From Orbicella franksi (taxonomy: Eukaryota): 64,000 nt of DNA. The translations under genes were made by a program, and so were the position numbers. Each line of letters starts with the position of its first letter. Position 1 is the stretch's first letter. The DNA is taken from the NCBI GenBank assembly GCA_964199315.1, contig OZ116709.1, positions 5,766,001-5,830,000 on the forward strand, written 5' to 3'. This document shows, piece by piece, positions 50,601-58,761 of this stretch. Under the pieces are notes generated by a model that was given only the letters and a program-made list of their open reading frames with translations, was not told the DNA's origin and made no database searches.

Positions 50601-53600
50601 AGAAATATTAAAACGCAACAATCAGTGGTTCATTTTGGATTTGTGTTTGAGGAAAACTTGGTCAGGAAAATCACATGATTACCGTGACGCCATCGTTTTC
50701 GGAAAGCTCTGTTTTCAAAATGTTTTAAGCCCACACGAAAACCAAAACCCGGCGTTTTCAAATTCCTCTGATTTGAAGAACGTTTTCGAAAAGCTCCGTT
50801 TTCGTGACGGATTACTTTGGACGGTAGCTGCGTTTTCAAACTCCTCCCGCGTAGTGTGGACGGAGCCTTAATGGCCGCGATTGCGTCATAAACGCCTCAT
50901 TCCAAAAAGATCAGGCTAACTTTTTCAGGTTCGTCCTTCCCACTCCGTCTTATTTTAATTTCGAAACCAGACAGCCATACCAAATTAAACAAAATGGCCT
51001 AACTTGTTTGTTCCGCCGTGTATGTTTGTCATACCACATTTCTAATGTAAAGGTGTTCTTCAGGTCGCCCGATACGTCCCAGACCAATACGGCCAAGACT
51101 TCCAGTGCGACCTAGTGGCAAAGGTAAGACTAGGGCTGAGCAAGCTTAGATCAGAATAGGGGTGTTTTCCATTTGTATGGAAAAACTGGGTTTTCTGGTG
51201 GGAAACCAAATGAAACGGGTCTTTCCAATGAAAATACAGAGCTGAAATACAGAAATTCAGAGGTACAGTAATAGCCCACGTATAAGAACCTGGGTTTTAA
51301 GAACCTGTTAGGCTAAAATTTTCATTTTAAGCCCCCTCCACATAAGAACCTATTAAGGCTAACATTTTAAGTTAGGTTCTTATCAGTGGGGTTGCTGTAA
51401 AATTGTATAGGTAGAAACTGCTGAATTAAGATCACCATCTATTTAAAAGTAACTTGACATAACTTTTTTTTTCTTTCAAGCTTAAGTACCATGTTGTATG
51501 TCTACTGTGTTTGCCATTCAGATAATTCCCCAAGTATTTGCAAGTACTGCACTCTACCACAGTATCAAAGAAAGCTTTCTGACCATCTCCATCTCTGTGC
51601 GAATCACAAAATATTAAAAGTAAAATATCAAAATATATCCCAATGAAATAAATAACTGCAAAATATCAAAACAACGTAAGCTCCCAATGGGCAATGCCTC
51701 AGCTTCTCAACGTGAGTTTCTTTGCTATGTTTTGTTAAGGACATATACTGTACCTACACTGAACTGCCTATAGGCATTGCTCTATGGTACAAATAAATGA
51801 TTTATACAGTGTACTGTATTATGAGATGATATTTATCTTATATATAATATATTCAGATGAAATTCATATGAAAATATAAGAACCTATTTTAAGAACCTTG
51901 GTAGCCTAAATTTGCTTTAAGTACCATTTATATAAGAACCTATTTAGGCTAAATTGAAAAATTCAGGTTCTTATACGTGGGCTATTACTGTATTTCCCTT
52001 TTCTCGTTTTTACGGAATGATCGTAAAATCGCTGTACTATGTTGCTTTTTCACACTAATTCCATGCTCCTTGATGAAATACGCATTCGTTTCAGTGGGAA
52101 ATGAAATGGAATAGTCCTTTCCACTAGAAAGATTTTGACTGCTGTCAAATGGTACACACTCGACCCGTCTCATTTTATTTGTTGAAAATTTCTGCTGTTT
52201 CATTTGGCGGAAATTTTCACCGTTTTTTTTTCACCCGAACAGAAAGAGCTCTACGTTAAACTAATTCGTTCTTTTTTGTGGGTCATTTTATTTTGCAAGC
52301 AAAAAAGTACATTAGAAAACTGGTCAAAATGATATTACTGGAGAAAACTTACTTTTTAGTGGTATTGTTTTTAATTTTAACGAGTGTTCAAACCTGTAAT
52401 ACTATGCAATTTCCTAAAGGAATATTTTCTATTTCACGGAGAACACTGGGAGATTTTAAGGACGGTGCCTACTAAATACAAAGGTTTTCGCGCCAGGTTA
52501 GGACCACGCGGAAAAAGTAGATCTTTGCAAGGGCTATTGGAATCCAGCAAGAAAAATAGGGGAAGCCACGCATTTTTTCGAGATAATTAGCCTTGAATCT
52601 CAAAAAATGCTGACATCAGCATTTTTCTGAAAAAAACAAGGAAAGCGTATTTTCTTCACAGATTTCCTTACAATTCGCCTTTACATACAGAAAAGCAAAC
52701 ACATTTAAAAAGATCTTTAAACTACATGGCAAATGGTAACATGAAAACCCTTTTTGGTATGTTTTTAATAACAAAATCGTTGCAACAGCACTTTTAGTGT
52801 CTCTGACAACCTTCCTCTGGTTCAGCTAAAATACGGTCTAAATACCTTTTGCTCACAACCAGAAACTAATCACGTGTTGAATAGTCTTGCCACTTCCATT
52901 TCATAACATAAAATGTGGGGGTAACCACGCGTTTTTTTTAACTTATTCATCTCTTTTGAAAACTTTTACTGTGCCCGTTACATTTTTTCCTGTCACCTCC
53001 CCAATAAGTAAGACATTTGCGTATCTCGCACTTTTCTTGCGCGCGCACTACGCCATCTGCAGGTACATGTTTACAGTTGAATTTCAGTATAATTTTCGAC
53101 AGATAACAGCTAGGTTTTCAGCTTGAGGACGTTAAGAGTTAGTGGTTAGCGATATGCTACTATTCTAGTGTCCCTGGTTTAAGTACAGGTTCATTAAACT
53201 TGATTTGGTCACAGTGAGAATTTTGCTTTTAAGAGGAACATTTGAAAGGTTCCAGAGTTAGTTGTTTAAATTGTAACCTCCTTTCATACCATACCAGCTT
53301 TCTGATTGGTTTGCGTTATTTTCCATTGCTGTGTGCCTGAGAGAAAGAAACGTTGGACACTTTCCAAAAGTAATATTCTGTATATTCTTGTTTAATTCTT
53401 TTTCTTGTTAAATAATGTCTTTGCCTTCATATACACAGGCATGTTTAGGCTTAAGTCATTGGTAACTATTATTTACAGGTTCTACTCAAGTACATTACAT
53501 TAATCTTCGCTTTCCTGGTTAGCCAATGACACGAAATAAATCAAATTTGTATTGACGAGTTGCCCAAACAAATGTTTTTGTTTTCTTTTAGTCTGCCGCA

Positions 53601-56600
53601 AACGTCTCGATTTGGCCTTCTTGATTGACGGCTCTGGCAGTATCAATGCTTACGGCCGAGGGAACTTCCGGCGATGTCTCAACTTCGTCAAACGATTGGT
53701 GGCTTCATTCAGTATCTCCCCCACACAGACTCGTGTTGGTATCGTTCTATTTTCAACTCGTGCATGGCTCATCGCTAACTTCAGGAGATACAGAAACAAG
53801 CAAAGCTTGTTACGTGCTATTAGTCGCATTAGATATCCCCGAGGTGGTACGAAAATTGGACGAGCGATGAGATTTGCCAAATATCAGTTGTTTAGAAGGA
53901 GAACCAATCGGCGAAAGGTGAGTGTAGGGATGGAAGGTTCTACCCTGTTCTCTTCAATATATTAATGACTATTTAAAAAGTGCACCTTTTTGCCTTCTTT
54001 ACTTGAAGTCTTGTGGCTCTATCAGTGTCTATCCTTTTTTCCAATCTAGGCCATACTGAAATTCATTATAACGCGTTTTGACTTTCTTAGAGGTGGTACA
54101 ACAAGCGATTATGATGTTTCAGTGCGTCCTTTTTATCTAAGAAATACATGCTGTGTCTCTGTCTCTTTATATAGTGTAAGAATAGATTATAAATGAAATA
54201 GAAAATTGCATAAATGTTTTCTGACAATTTCGCTGGCTACCCTTGAAGTCTGGCTGGCGGACTAAGTGGGCATCTGATATCGATCGATAGGAGGCTAGTG
54301 CTACAAAGCGCACGCTCGTGGTTTTCATAGGTCATGGCCAATTCGTCAATGATCACAGTCGATGTTCTAGATATGGTAAAACGGTGCTTACCAAAACGGT
54401 GTTTACCAACTTTGATAGTTAACTATCAATGTCTAATTGCCAGTTGAGGTACTGCCTTTATCACTGAGATAGCGTTAGCCCAACTCCATTTCACATTTTG
54501 TCATTTGTTCTCCAGGTACTGCTCGTCATGACAGATGGTATTTCCCAAGACTCGCTCGGGAGATCCTCACGTGACCTCCGAAATGCGGGCGTGCGTATTT
54601 TGGCGCTTGGAATCGGCAGAAAATTCAGACTAGCTCAGCTTAACCAAATGGCAGCAAACCCAAGATACGTGTTCAAGGCCGGCTTTAGAAGCCTTCATCG
54701 TGTGGTGAGGTCAATCAAAAGAACTGCTTGTGGAGGTATCTATCTTAAATTAAATTAAACAGAGATAAAGTACTTACAAGAGAAGATGAAGGGTAGCAGA
54801 AGTAATCCCCCATGTAGACCTTATTCTTAAGGTGATCCCGCTAAAGTTATTTTTAGATATGGCATCCAGTCCTCACGCGGATAATGTGACCGCGCGGGTT
54901 GCGTGGATGTTTTCTTGTAGGATAAAAATGTGTATGAAGCTGCTTGGGCTAGCCACGGAGATAAAATTCGTGTCAGAGGATTGGCTATTTCTAGACCCTC
55001 CTGGAATTTATAAAGCCGCAGATGATGTAAAAATAATTTGAGCGGTAAGCAAGGCGACGAAGGATGAACTCTTACCCTTTATCCTCTCCTAGTACTTAAA
55101 GTTACATTGCGCAATCCCGCAAGTCAGATATTATCATTATTATTATTATTATCATTATTATTATTATTATTTATTATTTATTATATTATTTTTTTCACTT
55201 AAATTCCTCATTTAGCATTTCCCTCAAGTCAGTTTTAAACACAGGTCTGTCCAGTACCAGGGTAGAAACGCTCGACCAAACACTGTATGAGATCAAAAAT
55301 CATCTCGTGCTAAAAGCAGAACATGGCGATTGATCAACCAATCAATGCTGCTTTTGACCTTAAAACAGGTTTTCACTAGAATCACAAGCATAATCGCGAG
55401 TACGATTCTCGCGTGCAAATACAAAGATACGCAAGGGAAAGCACGTAGATTGAATCATTGATTCTTGTGCTTGATTGTGCTTGCATTTCACAGTGTCTCG
55501 TTAGTCTGTTAAGCCCTGTTCAAACGGGAAATGTTTGGCGACCAAACACGATCAAACATTGTTTGGTGACCAAACAACACCTTGTTTGATCGCGTTGAAT
55601 AAAATTTGAACGTCAACAAACATTTGATCAAATACTATAAAATTTACTCGTTTGGACGATGAACAAATATGTTTGATACCGTTCGGCCATTTTGTTCAAT
55701 ATCACCTGTTTGGTCCTGTTTGGTCGCCAAACATTTCCTGTTTGGACAGGGCTTTATATTTGCGTTTATGCGTGCGTCGCTAATGAACATCAGGCTTTGC
55801 GATACTGACAGTATTTTGTGTTACATATTTTGTAGCGCGTCGTGACCAGGCACGCAGAACAAAGTGGAAGCGTAAAACTAAAACACGTCGTTTTCAGTGG
55901 AGAAGAAGGCGGCGGCTAAGGAGAACGCGAGGACGCAGGCGAAAGAGGAGAATGCGTACGTAAAAACTGGTCTTGTATACCCAACTTAAAGGAGCTCAGT
56001 CACAATTTGCGCCTCTTGAAAAATTTAGCCTAAATGTTTCAAGTTCGTCGTTTGTAATCCGTGTCAATCTTCGCATCCTTGACCATCCTTGTTCCTTTAT
56101 GGTTTATTATTATCTCTTTGATGTTTTTCTATCTTAGTAAACTATTATTTTCAGGTTTCCTTCCATTTAAAGGAGATTTTGTACGTGGCCAAAAAAAAGA
56201 CGAAACACCGTGATTGAGCTCCTTTAAAAGTTTATTCGAGATTCTTTTGGAATATTTTCCGGATTCTTTCGGGGTTTCTCTTTTGAAGTATTTAATTCTC
56301 GTTACCCTGGTTCTCAACACACACCGGTTTTGATGTGACGGAGAGGACGTTAGGCGTGGTTCTCCCTTCACTCTCTGTCAGTATGAGTTGAATTATAAGT
56401 CTGAATTATTTAAGATTTTTCAAGTTCTAAACCACCTATTATGAAACAGCATGCTATGCTACCTGGAAATGGACACCATTTATCATTTCATCGATTTGTT
56501 AATGCATTGCACATATCGCCGATTTAGATGCAATGTATAGAGTAAATTTTTTTACGCAGGCCTCCGCGCATCTCTTATTTAAAGACAAAACATTAGCAAG

Positions 56601-58716
56601 AATATGATTATTTTATCATTCTCGGTTTCATTCTCTTTGCAGCGTGGGGAAAGAAAAGAGATGTAGTGATCGTCAAACCTGACAATTTCAACGAAAAAGA
56701 TGACGATAACCACAGTGGCGCTGATGATGATGGCGATGGCGAATCATCACGTGATTCAAAGCAAGTACGGGGAAGTCAACGAAGCGAAATAGCTCAATTG
56801 GAGACTAAAGGTTAGTGTGTTAAGTTGCAAAACGACAACAAGTTCTGTTTTAGATTAACTGCAAAGACTGTAGAAAGCAAAATACGAGGGCAAAAGACTG
56901 CGAGAAGCGAAAGACGCTAGGGTGCACTGACAAATACGACTTTATTTCCTGCCCTGGGAACTGGCGTTTTGCCAGCATTTCACAGTGTGCAATGCCAGAT
57001 ACCGTGTTCGACATCCGTTAAAAGTTGTTTGAATTCTTCTTTACAATCATTCATACCAAGTAAATGAAGAGCACAGTTTGAAGTACTGTTTCTGTCATTC
57101 TACAGTTAACAAACCAGACCTGACCCCAAGCTATTTATGGCGTTTTGGATCATCTGGAAACAACTCCGTCGCCCTAGATGAAGTGCACGGTCACGTGGTG
57201 CATCTTGAGGGAGGAGCCTCCATCTCAAACACCACCGAGAGAGGCCTGGTGGCTGACACCAATGGCGGATGGCTATCACTCAAAGAAACCAACAGTGAGT
57301 AACTGTGCAATGATCTTGCTTCGCGATGACATGCGAGGGTCATATTTATTGGTGGTTTGTAACCAGTCCCTAGAGATTCACTTGACAAACTCGTAGTGGC
57401 CATGTTGGCGGCAATTATGAAAGAAGCCATCGCAAAGAGAAATTTGTTTTTAACATTTACCAACATGGTGGCTATGACGCCACATGCAAACCGAGAATTG
57501 AAATAAAGCTCTCTTTTGATATGTTGTTGTTGTAAACGCTCTTTAAAGCTGTAGAACAACCTTGTGGTCACCCAAATAGTTTGGGTGATGACCAGCTACT
57601 GTGTGTATGATTAATTTCTCTATTAATTTATAAATTTTTGCAAATTACAGTACAAATAAACGTTATCCATATCTTGTCTTGTGAGTCGCCTCTACGCTAA
57701 TCAATATATGCAGATGGATCCGTGTCCTCGTAAACAGTTGTTCAATTTATTGTCATACTAAAAATTCTAAACAGCGTACTCACAAATATACTGATGTACT
57801 TTTGTTGTTGTTGTTTCCTCTTGTATGTTTGTTTGTTTGTTTGTTTGTTGGTTGGTTGGTTGGTTGTTTGTTCTTTTTTACCTTTAGTGAGATAATCCTA
57901 AGCTTGTTAGAGATAACAGAGGCAATTTTTGAAAGTTCTGAATTCGTTTTCCTCAGATACCTGCTTCAGTGATCCTGGGCATTGCTCAGAGAACGGTATG
58001 ACGGTGATGTCTTGGATCAAACTCAACAAGACGTCTCTCAGTGACAAGACCAGCTCGTACATAATGTCTAGTGGCGGCCAGTCCACCGCATCTCGCGGTT
58101 TCGCCATGCTGTACATGCCTAAGAGGTACATCGTGATTCTAAGCACCAAAAACAAGCAGTGGAAACTGGACACGCCTGTTTTGCCAAGCGGATGGTTCAA
58201 TCTCGCTTTCACTTGGCGGGAATCCAACCAGCTCAAGTTATTTGTGAATGGAACCTACGTGACCTCCAGTAATCCTGCTTTGGTTTCCAGGCCCCACGAT
58301 TCGTTTACGACGTTTGATGTTGGTCGACCAAACAATTCGGATAAGCTAATGTACAGATTCCCATTGAGGATAAGCGATTTAGCTCTCTGGGAGAGAGAAC
58401 TTTCTGAGCAGGAATTAAAATCAGGTCTGTAACTTACACCCTGTTATTTTAATTGATAGAGCAACTGGTCAATCTTCGCGCAATTAAATTATCGCCTGCC
58501 TCTTAACAAGTATTTGATGAATGGCAAATTAGAATATATACCGTAAAATACTGGTTATAAGCCAGAGAGTTATATGACTTAACAAAGGAATTTAGGGTGG
58601 GAATACTACGAGGGGAGCTTAGTCTCTTGTTAGCATCTCCCCGAGGTCGGGAAGATGCTTACAAGCGGTATGAAAAAAAACTTTGGGACTTGAAGGCTCC
58701 GATAAAAACTGGATTA

Positions 58717-58761
<45 letters not shown>

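Noticed and set aside
52457-52940. MITE beginning ttaaggacggtgcctacta
   Set aside because: It resembles a recalled coral repeat, but no matching second TIR was found, so boundaries cannot be supported.
878-54758. Each LamG/VWA ORF as an independent single-exon gene
   Set aside because: The ORF starts are internal or intronic codons with no signal peptides. All have splice sites at homologous positions with matching phase.
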